DNA of 64,000 nucleotides from an uncultured Pseudomonadota bacterium (lineage in GTDB: Bacteria; Myxococcota_A; Polyangia; Fen-1088). The position numbers and the translations under genes were made by a program. Location: contig CAWKBC010000027.1 in assembly GCA_963847705.1 (NCBI GenBank), positions 1-64,000 on the forward strand. The letters run 5' to 3'. Shown here one piece after another: positions 1 to 9,504 of this stretch (positions are counted from its first letter, which is position 1; each line of letters begins with the position of its first letter). The notes beneath the pieces were generated by a model. The model did not search any database, was not told the origin of the DNA, and was given only the letters and a program-made list of their open reading frames with translations.

Positions 1-14
1 CTTACTGACCGGTC

Positions 15-485
15 ATGGCGAAGCCGGCCAGTCCCAAGACCGAGCCCGCGCCGAGCCCCAAGCTGACGCGCGTCGAGAAGGCGTTGCGGGCGCTCGCGCT
101 CGGCTATCCGGAGACGGGCGAGGAGTTTCCCTGGGGGGAGCGGGTGATCAAGGTGCGGGGGAAGGTGTTCCTGTTCATGGGGCACGGGCACGGGGAGGCG
201 CAGGGGCCCCGCGTGCTGAGCCTGTCGGTCAAGCTCCCGGCGACGGGCAACATGGCGCTTCTGCTGCCGTTCGTCGAGCCGACCGGTTACGGTCTGGGGA
301 AGAGCGGCTGGATCACCGCGCAGTTTCCGTCGGCCGCCGCGGCTCCAGTCGATCTGATCGCCGACTGGATCGACGAGAGCTATCGCGCCGTGGCGCCCAA
401 ATCGCTGGTGGCTCAGCTCCCCGGGCGACGCGCCGGCGCGCCCAAGTCGAGCCCGCGGCGCCCACCGCGCAAGCGACGCACGTAA
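15..485 (+). CDS. MmcQ/YjbR family DNA-binding protein
   Basis: FPWGERVIKVRGKVF...YGLGKSGW...WIDESYRAVAPK is typical of YjbR/MmcQ. Confidence 0.85.
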   Translation: MAKPASPKTEPAPSPKLTRVEKALRALALGYPETGEEFPWGERVIKVRGKVFLFMGHGHGEAQGPRVLSLSVKLPATGNMALLLPFVEPTGYGLGKSGWITAQFPSAAAAPVDLIADWIDESYRAVAPKSLVAQLPGRRAGAPKSSPRRPPRKRRT

Positions 486-585
486 CGTCCGGCCCGCATC
501 AGGAACTGACGTTTCTGGCAGGCCCAGGCGCCGGTTCGGCCCGGCCCGCGCTGGTCCGATTCTCGTAATCTCCGTCGGAATGGCT

Positions 586-837
586 TCATTCTGGCCTGGT
601 CTCGTTGTCGCCCGAGCCGTTCGAGCCGCCGGTGCTGCCTGCCGTCGAGCCGCCGGTTCCGGACGGCGCGCCACCCGAGCCGACCGCGCCTCCCGTGCCG
701 TCAGTCGAGCCGGACGGCTGGGCGCAGCCGATCGCAGCGACTGAAAAGATCAGGACCCGAAGCAGGCCCGACGCGGGCCGAACAGCTGGCTGTGGCGCAT
801 ACAGCCGAACTGTTCGGCGCCGGATCGTTTGGCTCAC
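586..837 (-). pseudogene. Short or truncated lipoprotein (signal peptide plus Gly/Ser/Thr linker only)
   Basis: Lipobox-like AAIGC, then a GTGG-rich linker like the N-termini of other lipoproteins here, then a stop with no folded domain. Confidence 0.4.
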
Positions 838-881
838 CGTGGCGAGCGCGCGAGAAATTCAGACGAGCTCGGAAGAGAGTC

Positions 882-912
882 GGCGGGAGGAGCCTTTAGA
901 GCTCCTCCCGCC
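882..912 (-). terminator. GC-rich hairpin, probable terminator of the ncRNA
   Basis: Perfect 12-bp stem GGCGGGAGGAGC / GCTCCTCCCGCC with 7-nt loop, followed on the minus strand by pyrimidine-rich GACTCTCTT. Confidence 0.65.
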
Positions 913-915
913 CAT

Positions 916-1103
916 GCGAACCCCCGCCTCGGCCGGTCGAAAAGAATTCTTGGCCCCTACTTTCGTAAGGGGGGAGCCACTGAATTGACCGCATCGGGCT
1001 TCCCGACTGGCGGGCGTGCACATCCATCGGTCAGTGGCGGCTCCCTAGTGCGTTCTTGTAGGGAAAAGAATCTCTCTTCGTGTCGTACCGCGCAGAAGGT
1101 TCT
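916..1103 (-). ncRNA. ssrS: Probable 6S RNA
   Basis: ~185-nt intergenic sequence folding as one long rod: GAACCTTCTGC/GCGGGGGTTC closing stem, TTCTT..CCCTAC/GTAGGG..AAGAA, unpaired central bulge, GGGAGCC/GGCTCCC and ACTGACCG/CGGTCAAT inner stems; flanked by a promoter and a terminator. Confidence 0.65.
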
Positions 1104-1108
1104 CAACG

Positions 1109-1137
1109 AGCATGGTCGTTCGGATCGCAGGGGTCAA
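1109..1137 (-). promoter_or_regulatory. Sigma70-type promoter for the ncRNA
   Basis: TTGACC-N17-CATGCT on the minus strand, ~6 nt upstream of the closing stem. Confidence 0.55.
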
Positions 1138-1224
1138 GCGCGATCGCGCTCGGGCCAAGAGCAATGAGGACCGCCGCGACGCGAGATGGACAACGCTGAG
1201 GCGCAGACGGAAAATCGCCGCCCG

Positions 1225-2115
1225 ATGAAAATAAATCGCCCCCTCTTCATCGCGCTCGGCTTGCTTGTTGCTCCGGTGGTGCGTGCCCAGATCGCAGCTG
1301 TGCCGCCGGTCGCCGCTCCGCCGCCGGCCGCTGCTCCTGCACCCGCCGCTCCGCCCGAGGCGGCGCCGGCGCCTCAACCTGCTCCGCCGGCCGAGCCCGC
1401 ACCCGGCTATGGAGACGGCGCACCCTCCTACGGTCCGCCCGGGTACGGCCCACCCGGATACGGCCCGCCCGCGCCGTACTATGACCATCACCATCGCTAT
1501 CGTCCGATGCCTTACGGCTACGGCTATCCGCCGCCGGCCGTGTATCCGATGGCCCCTCCCGACGCGATGGAGGGCTTCCACACCCACGACGGATTCTTCC
1601 TGCAGGTGCATGTCGGGATCAGCGCCACCGGCTTCTCGTCGAAGCAGGCGGGCGTGAAGACCAACTACGTCGGTGGCGGAATCTCCTCGGGGGTCGCCAT
1701 CGGCGGCGTCATCGCGCGCAACCTGGTCCTCTACGCCGCCCTCTTCGGGACGGACACCGCGAATCCCGACAAGCAGGTGGCGGGCACGAGCGTGGCCAGC
1801 GACCTCGGTGAGATCGGCGTCGGCGCCTTCGGTCCCGGGCTCGCCTACTACTTCGAGCGATGCAACCTCTACCTCTCGGCGACGTTCGGCCTGGCGGGCT
1901 TCACCGCCAACGACGGCGGCGGGGTGAAGGTCGACTCGGCGAAGTCGGGCAGCGCGCTCGACTTCAAGGTCGGCAAGGAGTGGTGGGTCTCGCGCGACTG
2001 GGGGCTCGGCATCGCCGGCGAGCTGATGGCCGCGTCGCTCAAGGACAGGAACACACCCGGTTTGACCTGGTCGGCCAGCGGGCTGTCGATCCTCTTCTCG
2101 GCCACCTACAACTGA
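1225..2115 (+). CDS. Exported Pro-rich protein with C-terminal outer-membrane beta-barrel
   Basis: Signal peptide, PPGYG/Pro-rich linker, amphipathic beta strands ending SATYN; alternative start at 1186. Confidence 0.7.
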   Translation: MKINRPLFIALGLLVAPVVRAQIAAVPPVAAPPPAAAPAPAAPPEAAPAPQPAPPAEPAPGYGDGAPSYGPPGYGPPGYGPPAPYYDHHHRYRPMPYGYGYPPPAVYPMAPPDAMEGFHTHDGFFLQVHVGISATGFSSKQAGVKTNYVGGGISSGVAIGGVIARNLVLYAALFGTDTANPDKQVAGTSVASDLGEIGVGAFGPGLAYYFERCNLYLSATFGLAGFTANDGGGVKVDSAKSGSALDFKVGKEWWVSRDWGLGIAGELMAASLKDRNTPGLTWSASGLSILFSATYN

Positions 2116-2141
2116 CGGCCGCTCACCCCACTGAGATCGGA

Positions 2142-2672
2142 ATGCTCGTCGGTCATCTGCGCCGGCCGCGGCCACGCTCCCGGGCGCCGCTCGTTCGCGC
2201 GGCGCGGGCGCTCTGGACCCTGCCGACGAACCTGCTCGGTCACCTGGCGGGGTGGCTCGCCAGCGGCGGCCGGCGGCCGCGACGGGTGGGCGGTGCGGCC
2301 GCGGTCGGGTGGCTCTACCCGATTCGTCCCGGCCTGGGGCTGAGCTGGGTGGGCGCCGTGACGCTCGGCCACGCGATCCTCCATCGCCCCGGCGTCGTCG
2401 ACGGGCCCACGACGGTCGCGCGCCTCACGCTGGCGCACGAGCTCGCCCACACCCGCCAGCACGATCTGCTCGGCCCGCTCTATCTGCCGCTGCACCTCCT
2501 GGCGCAGGGCCTGAGCGCGCTCCTCACGCGCGGCCGGCCCACCACCGTCAGTCGCGTGCACGATCTCAATCCGCTCGAGCAGACCTTCATCGCCATCTCC
2601 TCGAGCGCGCCCTACGCGCCGCGCGCGTCTGACGACGACGTCGCCGACGTGCTGGCCGATTTCGGCGTCTAG
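2142..2672 (+). CDS. Hypothetical protein with HExxH zincin-like motif
   Basis: GAVTLGHAI...LAHELAHTRQ...YL...NPLEQ. Confidence 0.6.
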   Translation: MLVGHLRRPRPRSRAPLVRAARALWTLPTNLLGHLAGWLASGGRRPRRVGGAAAVGWLYPIRPGLGLSWVGAVTLGHAILHRPGVVDGPTTVARLTLAHELAHTRQHDLLGPLYLPLHLLAQGLSALLTRGRPTTVSRVHDLNPLEQTFIAISSSAPYAPRASDDDVADVLADFGV

Positions 2673-2817
2673 CTCGGTCTCACCGCGCGGGTAGGGGAAC
2701 CCCGCAAAAGAATCGTGGCGATGAATCGGCGCTCGGCATCCGGTTGCGGGGGCGATATTGCAAAGAAATTCCGTTGCGGTCGCTGAGCGGCCTGTCAGCC
2801 GTCGGGGGCATGATGAG

Positions 2818-4344
2818 ATGAAGATCAATCGGCTGGCGCTGGGGCTCGGGTTTATCGTCGTCGTCCTCGGGTGCCAGGGATCGGACGTCAGAGCGCGGGG
2901 GACCGTCACCACGCGGGCGGCGTTGAGCGCCACCGCCGTTTCCTGGATCTCCACGGAGCTCCTGGGCCGCCCGACGGCCGAGTCGGTGACCATCAAGGCC
3001 ATCGCGCGAGAGGGCGTCGACGCCTACGTCGAGTACGGCACGACCGCGGGCAACTACGCGGGACAGACCAGCACCGGTTCCTTTTCAGACGGGATCGCCG
3101 AGCTGGTGGTGGGCGGGCTGGCACCAGACACTGGCTACCACTATCGCCTGCGCTCCCGCTCGAGCGGTTCGTCAGGCGCCTTCGCCGTGGGCGGTGACCA
3201 CACCTTCCACACCCAGCGTGCCCGGGGAAGTGCGTTCACGTTCGCCGTTCAGGCCGACTCGCATCAGGGCGTTCCGATCTTCTACGACGATGCGCTCTAC
3301 CGGACGACCATGCAGAACATCCTCGCCGAGCAGAACGACTTCATGCTGGATCTCGGCGACACCTTCAGCCTCGACGACGCCAGGGAGACCGCGGCGACCG
3401 TGGCCCAGAAGTACGTGAACCAGCTCGCCGTGTTCGACCTGGCGGCGCATTCGGTCCCCGTGTTCCTGGTGCTCGGCAATCATGAACGAGAGACGGGATG
3501 GAACCTGGACGACTTCGGCGCCGACGTGGGGAACTCGCTGCCGGTGCTCAACGCCAACGCGCGCAAGCGCTATTTCCTCAATCCCGAGCCCGACGACTTT
3601 TACAGCGGGGACACGGACGCCTCTGGCGGCTCGTCCTTCGTGAGCGGCGACCACCTCCGCGGCGACTACTACGCCTTCGAATGGGGCGACGCGCTGTTCG
3701 TGGCGATCGAGCCGTTCTGGTACACGATGCGAAAGCCCTACCCGGGCACGATCGGCTGGGACAAGGACGATGAGGTGGTCGGCACCCGCTGGGACTGGAC
3801 GCTCGGGCAGCAGCAGTACCTCTGGCTCCGGCGGACGCTGCAGGCGAGCAGCGCGACCTACAAGTTCGTCTTCGCCCACCACGTCGCCGGCGGCATCGAC
3901 GACTACGGGCGCGGCGGCGCGCGCGGCGCCCGGTTCTGCGAATGGGGCGGCTACGACATCGACGGGATCACCTGGGGCTTCGGCATCCACCGACCCGGCT
4001 GGGCGATGCCGGTCCACCAGCTGCTCGCGCAGAACCACGTCACGGTCTTCTTCCACGCCCACGATCACCTGTTCGCCAAGGAGACCCTGGACGGCGTCGT
4101 CTACCAGGAGGTGCCGATGGCCGCGAACGCCCACGACGGCACCGGCTTTCCCACCAACGCCGCCGATTATGCCGGGGCGCAGATCGTCGCGAACTCCGGC
4201 CACCTGCGGGTGACGGTCGCGCCGGCGAGCGTCACCGTCGACTACGTGCGGTCGTCTCTCCCTGGGGCCGGGACCAACAGATCGATCGCCACGAGCTACA
4301 CGATCCGGGGCGGCCACCTCCCGGCGGCCCGAGCTGTCAGGTGA
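2818..4344 (+). CDS. Secreted or lipoprotein metallophosphoesterase (purple acid phosphatase-like) with N-terminal FN3-like domain
   Basis: Calcineurin-like motifs DSH, DLGD, GNHE, HAHDH; lipobox LGC. Confidence 0.85.
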   Translation: MKINRLALGLGFIVVVLGCQGSDVRARGTVTTRAALSATAVSWISTELLGRPTAESVTIKAIAREGVDAYVEYGTTAGNYAGQTSTGSFSDGIAELVVGGLAPDTGYHYRLRSRSSGSSGAFAVGGDHTFHTQRARGSAFTFAVQADSHQGVPIFYDDALYRTTMQNILAEQNDFMLDLGDTFSLDDARETAATVAQKYVNQLAVFDLAAHSVPVFLVLGNHERETGWNLDDFGADVGNSLPVLNANARKRYFLNPEPDDFYSGDTDASGGSSFVSGDHLRGDYYAFEWGDALFVAIEPFWYTMRKPYPGTIGWDKDDEVVGTRWDWTLGQQQYLWLRRTLQASSATYKFVFAHHVAGGIDDYGRGGARGARFCEWGGYDIDGITWGFGIHRPGWAMPVHQLLAQNHVTVFFHAHDHLFAKETLDGVVYQEVPMAANAHDGTGFPTNAADYAGAQIVANSGHLRVTVAPASVTVDYVRSSLPGAGTNRSIATSYTIRGGHLPAARAVR

Positions 4345-4963
4345 CGGGGCCGCGCGGCGGGCCGGCGGGGAAGACCTCGCCGGTGGGGGGCGTCTGCGGC
4401 GCGCTGGCGACCTTCTCGCGCCAGAAGGCGCCCACGCCGCCCTGGACCGCCGTCGAGACGGTGCCGCGCGACATCAACTCTTCCTTGTCGAGGATGGCGT
4501 CGGTTCGGCGGTAGGTCGGCTTGGCGTGCTCCAGCGTGTCCATGCGAATGGCGTCGCAGGGGCAAGCCTCGGCGCAGAGGCCACAGACCACGCAGCGGAG
4601 CTCGTCGATCTCGAAGATCTTGGGGCGCTTCTCGATCCGGCCGTCGGGCGCCTCTTCGGGGACGATGGTGATGCAGTGGGCGGGGCAGACGGTCGGGCAC
4701 ATCATGCAGGCGACGCAGCGGACGTCGCCGTCCTCGCGCAGCATCAGGCGGTGCAGGCCCCGGTGCCGCTCGGGATATTTGATCTTCTCTTCGGGGTACT
4801 CGATCGTGGCGATGTCGGTCTTCTTGCGATTCCCGGTCACGTTGCCGAAGAAGTTCTTCACGAAGTGACGGAAGGTGACGCCGAGGCCTTCTGCGATGGC
4901 CGGCAGGTAGGCCTGCTGCGCCAGGCTTCCGGGGCGGTTGACGACTTTGACTCCTACGGCCAT
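4337..4963 (-). CDS. nuoI: NADH-quinone oxidoreductase subunit I
   Basis: YPEE motif and two CxxCxxCxxxCP ferredoxin motifs; nuo context. Confidence 0.93.
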   Translation of the reverse strand: MAVGVKVVNRPGSLAQQAYLPAIAEGLGVTFRHFVKNFFGNVTGNRKKTDIATIEYPEEKIKYPERHRGLHRLMLREDGDVRCVACMMCPTVCPAHCITIVPEEAPDGRIEKRPKIFEIDELRCVVCGLCAEACPCDAIRMDTLEHAKPTYRRTDAILDKEELMSRGTVSTAVQGGVGAFWREKVASAPQTPPTGEVFPAGPPRGPVT

Positions 4964-4972
4964 CGGTTCTCC

Positions 4973-6097
4973 TTAGGTCCAGCTCTGCGCCCAGAGAATC
5001 ACCAGCGCGGTCGCCACCACGTTGGCGATCGAGATCGGCAACAGGCGCTGCCAGCCCAGTCGCATCAGCTGATCCGAACGGAAGCGCGGGAGCGACCAGC
5101 GAATCAAGAGCTGGAACGAGCAGAAGGCGAAGACCTTCATCAGCCACAAGGTCGCCATCACCACCACGAAGGCCACGTTGGGCAGGTGCTGGATGAGGAA
5201 GCTGTCGATCGTGCTCCCCATGTGCCAGCCGCCGAAGAAGAGCGTGATCACGATGGCGCTGGAGGTGACGATCTCCAGGAACTCGCCCAGGAAGAAGAGG
5301 CCGAAGCGGAGGCCGGAGTACTCCACGAAGTAGCCGATGATCTCCGGCTCACCCTCGGGGATGTCGAACGGGGTCCGCTTGGTCTCGGCGATGGCGGCGG
5401 TCAGGAAGAGGATGAAGCCGATCGGCTGGGTGAAGATTCCCCAGCTCGAGGCGTAGTGACCGAAGCTGATGAAGTGCGTCTGCAGATCGGCGATGGCGCC
5501 GGGCTCGAGCGTCCCGTAGACCAGGAACGAACCGAGCACCGCCATCCCCATGGTGACCTCGTAGGACATCATCTGCGAGGTGGCGCGCAGGCCGCCCATC
5601 ATCGCCCACTTGTTGTGCGAGGCCCACCCGGCCAGCGTGGCCCCGTAGACCGCCAGCGAGGAGATGGCGAAGTAGAACAGGATGCCGATGTCCAGGTGCG
5701 CGATCTGCAGCCCGACCGGTTGGCTGCAGACCGGGTTCGCCTTCAAGAGCTCGCCCCAGCAGAGCGACGGCCCGAAGGGGATGATGGCGGCGACGATCAG
5801 CGCCGGCGCCATCGCCATGATGGGCGCCCACATGAAGAGGAACTTGTGGGCCTTGCCGGGGACGTAGTCCTCCTTGCCCATGAACTTCAGCGCGTCGGCC
5901 AGGAAGTGGGTGATCCCCCAGGCCTTGATGGGGCCGATGTTGGCGCGGTTGGGGCCCAGGCGGTCCTGCATCATCGATGACTGCCGCCGCTCGAGCCAGG
6001 TGAGGATCGAGGCCAGGGGCATCAGAAAGCCCATGATCATGAAGGCGATCTTGAGGAGCGCCGCGACGACGTTGAACCCGAGTGAACCGTATTCCAT
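4973..6097 (-). CDS. nuoH: NADH-quinone oxidoreductase subunit H
   Basis: ERR..QDRLGPNR, RTPFDIPEGEPE, EYSG, LPRFRSDQLM. Confidence 0.95.
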   Translation of the reverse strand: MEYGSLGFNVVAALLKIAFMIMGFLMPLASILTWLERRQSSMMQDRLGPNRANIGPIKAWGITHFLADALKFMGKEDYVPGKAHKFLFMWAPIMAMAPALIVAAIIPFGPSLCWGELLKANPVCSQPVGLQIAHLDIGILFYFAISSLAVYGATLAGWASHNKWAMMGGLRATSQMMSYEVTMGMAVLGSFLVYGTLEPGAIADLQTHFISFGHYASSWGIFTQPIGFILFLTAAIAETKRTPFDIPEGEPEIIGYFVEYSGLRFGLFFLGEFLEIVTSSAIVITLFFGGWHMGSTIDSFLIQHLPNVAFVVVMATLWLMKVFAFCSFQLLIRWSLPRFRSDQLMRLGWQRLLPISIANVVATALVILWAQSWT

Positions 6098-6101
6098 CGC
6101 G

Positions 6102-7706
6102 TTAGCCTCGAGATCCGGCGAAGCGGAGCTGGACGGGCAGGTAGGCGCGTCCCCAGTCCGCGTCCTTCATGAAGGGCAGCTTGGTCTTGGCCTCGGCGAA
6201 CACCGTCTTGGCCTCGGTGAAGTCCATGGTGGCGCCCAGCTTGCGTGCCAGGTGCGAGAGGATGTCCCAGCCGGGCAGCGCGTCGCCGGCCGGGGGGACC
6301 GCGGCGCGCACGCGCTGGACCATTCCCAGACGGTTGGTGAACGTGCCGTCGCTCTCGGCCCACTCGGTGAGCGGCAGCGCCACCTGGGCGGCGCCGGCGA
6401 CCGCGTCGCGGTGCGTGCCGACGACCACCAGGGTCTTGAGCTTGTCGAGCGGCAGCGTTGTGGAAGCCGCGTCGGCGGGAAGCACGCCGTGCGTGCCGAC
6501 GACCAGCAGCGTCGTCACCGCGCCCGACTTGAGATCGTTGGCCAGATCCAGCAGCGAGCGCAGCCGCCCGGCGCCGATGGCCATCGCGCCGGCGGTGTTG
6601 GGATTCTTGTCGGCGCTCACCAGGATGTCGTCGCTCCAGCCCTGATCGAGGCCGGCCAGGTAGGCCTTGCCGAGCCCCAGGTGATCGAAGGTCAAGCGAG
6701 CCAGCGCGTAGAGATCTTCGTTGGTCGACTGCGCGTTCATCACCACGCCGACCTCGGCCGGGTTGGCGTCGAGCGCCGCGCGCAAGAGGCGTCCAGCGTC
6801 GTCGAGCGCCTTGTCCCACTCGACCGGGATGCCGTTCGACACCGGCGCCGCCAAGCGCTGCGCATGCACGCGCTTGTAGGTGAGGCGGCCCTCGTCGCAC
6901 ATCCAGTGCTTGTTGACGGCCTGGTTCTCGCGGGGGACCAGGCGGTGGATCTTGCCGCGTGAGTGGTGGACCTCGACGTTGCAGCCGGTGGCGCAGCCCG
7001 GGCAGATCGACGGCGTGGTGTAGAGCTCCCAGACCCGCATCGAGAAGCGGAAGTCCTTGGAGGTCAGCGCGCCGACCGGGCAGACATCGACGGTGTTGAG
7101 CGAGTAGGGGTTGTCCAGCTTGTGGCCGGGCGCCGTGGTGAGCACCTCGTGGTCCCCGCGCTGGGCCATCTCCAGTTGATGGCTGTGGGCCACCTCGTCG
7201 CAGACGCGGATGCAGCGCGTGCAGAGGATGCAGCGCTCTTGATCGAGGACGATGGTCGGCCCGAGGTCGACGACCTTCTCCTTGTGGACCTTGATGCCGT
7301 CGTTGCGCGCCAGCTTGGCGTCCCAGTCGAAGTACTGCTTCTGCAGCATGCACTCCCCGGCCTTGTCGCAGATCGGGCAGTCGATCGGGTGGTTGACGAG
7401 GGTGAACTCCAGCATCTGCCGGCGCACGTCGAGCGCACGCGGCGAGCGGGTCATCACCTCCATCTTGTCGGCCACCGGGGTGTAGCAGGAGGGGACCGGC
7501 TTCGGCTGACCCTTGACGTCGACCAGGCACTGGCGGCAGACCGCCGGCGAGGTGAGGCCCGGGTGGTAGCAGAAGAACGGGACGTCGGCGCCGTTCTGGT
7601 TGCAGGCTTCGATCAGCATCGTCCCCTTGGGGACCTGCAGCGTCTTGCCGTCGATGATGACGGTGACGGTCTCCGTCGTTGGGCTGGGCGGTGTGGTGGT
7701 CGTCAT
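6102..7706 (-). CDS. nuoG: NADH-quinone oxidoreductase subunit G (short form)
   Basis: PFFCYHP..CRQCLV, NHPIDCPICDKAGECMLQ, CILCTRCIRVC, CPGCATGC. Confidence 0.92.
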   Translation of the reverse strand: MTTTTPPSPTTETVTVIIDGKTLQVPKGTMLIEACNQNGADVPFFCYHPGLTSPAVCRQCLVDVKGQPKPVPSCYTPVADKMEVMTRSPRALDVRRQMLEFTLVNHPIDCPICDKAGECMLQKQYFDWDAKLARNDGIKVHKEKVVDLGPTIVLDQERCILCTRCIRVCDEVAHSHQLEMAQRGDHEVLTTAPGHKLDNPYSLNTVDVCPVGALTSKDFRFSMRVWELYTTPSICPGCATGCNVEVHHSRGKIHRLVPRENQAVNKHWMCDEGRLTYKRVHAQRLAAPVSNGIPVEWDKALDDAGRLLRAALDANPAEVGVVMNAQSTNEDLYALARLTFDHLGLGKAYLAGLDQGWSDDILVSADKNPNTAGAMAIGAGRLRSLLDLANDLKSGAVTTLLVVGTHGVLPADAASTTLPLDKLKTLVVVGTHRDAVAGAAQVALPLTEWAESDGTFTNRLGMVQRVRAAVPPAGDALPGWDILSHLARKLGATMDFTEAKTVFAEAKTKLPFMKDADWGRAYLPVQLRFAGSRG

Positions 7707-7716
7707 CGGTCTTGTC

Positions 7717-8991
7717 TCATCTGTCGCATTCGCCACCGATCATGTTGATCATGCCGAAGGTCGGGACGACGTCGGCGATGAAGAGCCCCGGCAGCACCTT
7801 GGTCAGGACGGCGGTGGCCGGAAAACAGGGCGGACGCACGCGGCACTTCCAGGGCCGCCCGGTCCCGTCGGAGACGATGTAGAAGCCGAGCTCGCCGTTG
7901 CCCGCCTCGGTGAAGGAGTACACCTCGCCAGAGGGGACGTGGATGCCGTCCATGATGATCTTGAAGTGGGCGATCATCCCCTCGATCGAGTTGTAGGTCT
8001 CGGTCTTGGGCGGCAGCGCGATGCGCGGATCGCCGTGCATGAAGCGCCCCGGCGGGATCTGCTTGAGCGCCTGGTCGAGGATCCGGATCGACTGGTGGAT
8101 CTCCTCCACGCGGACGGCGTACCGATCGAAGTTGTCGCCCGTCGAGCCGATCGGCACGTCGAAGTCGAAGCGGTCGTAGACCAGATAGGGGTGGTCCTTG
8201 CGGACGTCGTAGGCGAGCCCCGTCGAGCGGCCGACCGGACCGGTGATGCCGTAGGAGATGGCGTCTTCCTTGGTGATGATCCCGATGCCATCCATCCGGT
8301 CGCGGAAGATCCGGTTGCGGTCGAGCAGCTTGCTGATGTCCGACAGCACGATCTGCGTGCGGTCGAGGATGCCGCGCAGCTCGGCGTCGAACCCCTCCGG
8401 CAGATCATAGGCGACGCCGCCGATGCGCAGGTAGGTCGAGGTCAGCCGGGCGCCGCAGACCTTCTCCAGGAGCTCGAACAGCCACTCGCGCGCCTTGAGG
8501 GCATAGAGGAAGACCGTGAAGGCGCCCAGCTCCATCGCCGAGGCGCCCAGGCAGGTGAGGTGATCGGTGATGCGCGAGACCTCGCCGACGATCACCCGGA
8601 TGTACTGCGCGCGCTCGGGGATCTCCTTGGTGATGTCGAGCAGCTTCTCGACCGCCATCGCGTAGCCGACGTTGTTGAGCATCGGCGAGATGTAGTTGAG
8701 GCGATCGGTGTAGGGGAACACCTGGGTCCAGGTGGCGCTCTCCGACTCTTTCTCGAAGCAGCGGTGCAGGTAGCCGATCTGGATGTCGGCGCTGGAGATG
8801 CGCTCCCCCTCGACCTCCAGCACCATGCGCACGGTGCCGTGCATGGCCGGGTGCGAGGGGCCCATGTTCAGCGGGACGGGCTCGGTCGGCAGATCGGGCG
8901 CGGTCAGATCCTCGGCGTCCTGAAACCCGAGGACCACCTTGCGGGGGGCGGGAGCGAGGGTCGTCTCGTCGTTGTGCGGCTGGTCGTCCAT
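7717..8991 (-). CDS. nuoD: NADH-quinone oxidoreductase subunit D
   Basis: NMGPSHPAMHGTVR, GYLHR, DRLNY, C-terminal GECDR. Confidence 0.96.
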   Translation of the reverse strand: MDDQPHNDETTLAPAPRKVVLGFQDAEDLTAPDLPTEPVPLNMGPSHPAMHGTVRMVLEVEGERISSADIQIGYLHRCFEKESESATWTQVFPYTDRLNYISPMLNNVGYAMAVEKLLDITKEIPERAQYIRVIVGEVSRITDHLTCLGASAMELGAFTVFLYALKAREWLFELLEKVCGARLTSTYLRIGGVAYDLPEGFDAELRGILDRTQIVLSDISKLLDRNRIFRDRMDGIGIITKEDAISYGITGPVGRSTGLAYDVRKDHPYLVYDRFDFDVPIGSTGDNFDRYAVRVEEIHQSIRILDQALKQIPPGRFMHGDPRIALPPKTETYNSIEGMIAHFKIIMDGIHVPSGEVYSFTEAGNGELGFYIVSDGTGRPWKCRVRPPCFPATAVLTKVLPGLFIADVVPTFGMINMIGGECDR

Positions 8992-9504
8992 TTAGTCTCT
9001 CGTCGCCGGATTGCGGCGCACCAGCGGCTGCCGCTTCTCTTTCGGGTAGTCCTTGCGCAGCGGATGCCCCACGAACTCCGGGTACATCAGGATGCGGCGC
9101 AGATCGGGGTGCCCCTTGAAGCGCACGCCGTAGAGGTCATACGCCTCGCGCTCGAACCAGTTGGCGCCCGGCCAGAGGCCGCAGAGGGTGTCGACCGAGG
9201 CGTCGTCTTCCGTGACGCCGCAGTAGAGGCGGACGCGGTGCTTGTGGACCACGGAGTAGAGGTGCAGGACCACGTCGAAGCGGGGCGCGTCGGGGTTGCC
9301 GCCGTGCATGCCCAGCCGATCGACGCAGGTCAGATCGATGAACATCTCCAGCTTGGTCGCCGCGTCGTCGCGCAGGAACTCTCCCACCGCCAGCCAGGCA
9401 TCGCGCCGGATGCGGGCCCACTCGTCGCCGTGCGAGGTGCCGCTCTCCAAGATCTCGCCGCCCGTGAACTTCGCCGCCAGCTGGTCGAGGACGATCTGGG
9501 CCAC
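8992..9504 (-). CDS. nuoC: NADH-quinone oxidoreductase subunit C
   Basis: WFEREAYDLYGVRFKGHPDLRRIL..GHPLRKDYP. Confidence 0.95.
   Translation of the reverse strand: MAQIVLDQLAAKFTGGEILESGTSHGDEWARIRRDAWLAVGEFLRDDAATKLEMFIDLTCVDRLGMHGGNPDAPRFDVVLHLYSVVHKHRVRLYCGVTEDDASVDTLCGLWPGANWFEREAYDLYGVRFKGHPDLRRILMYPEFVGHPLRKDYPKEKRQPLVRRNPATRD

Noticed and set aside
975-1045. Cobalamin riboswitch (GCCACTG...GGGAAG) or retron msr-msd
   Set aside because: The upstream cobalamin core is missing and no reverse transcriptase is nearby; the rod fold with promoter and terminator fits 6S better
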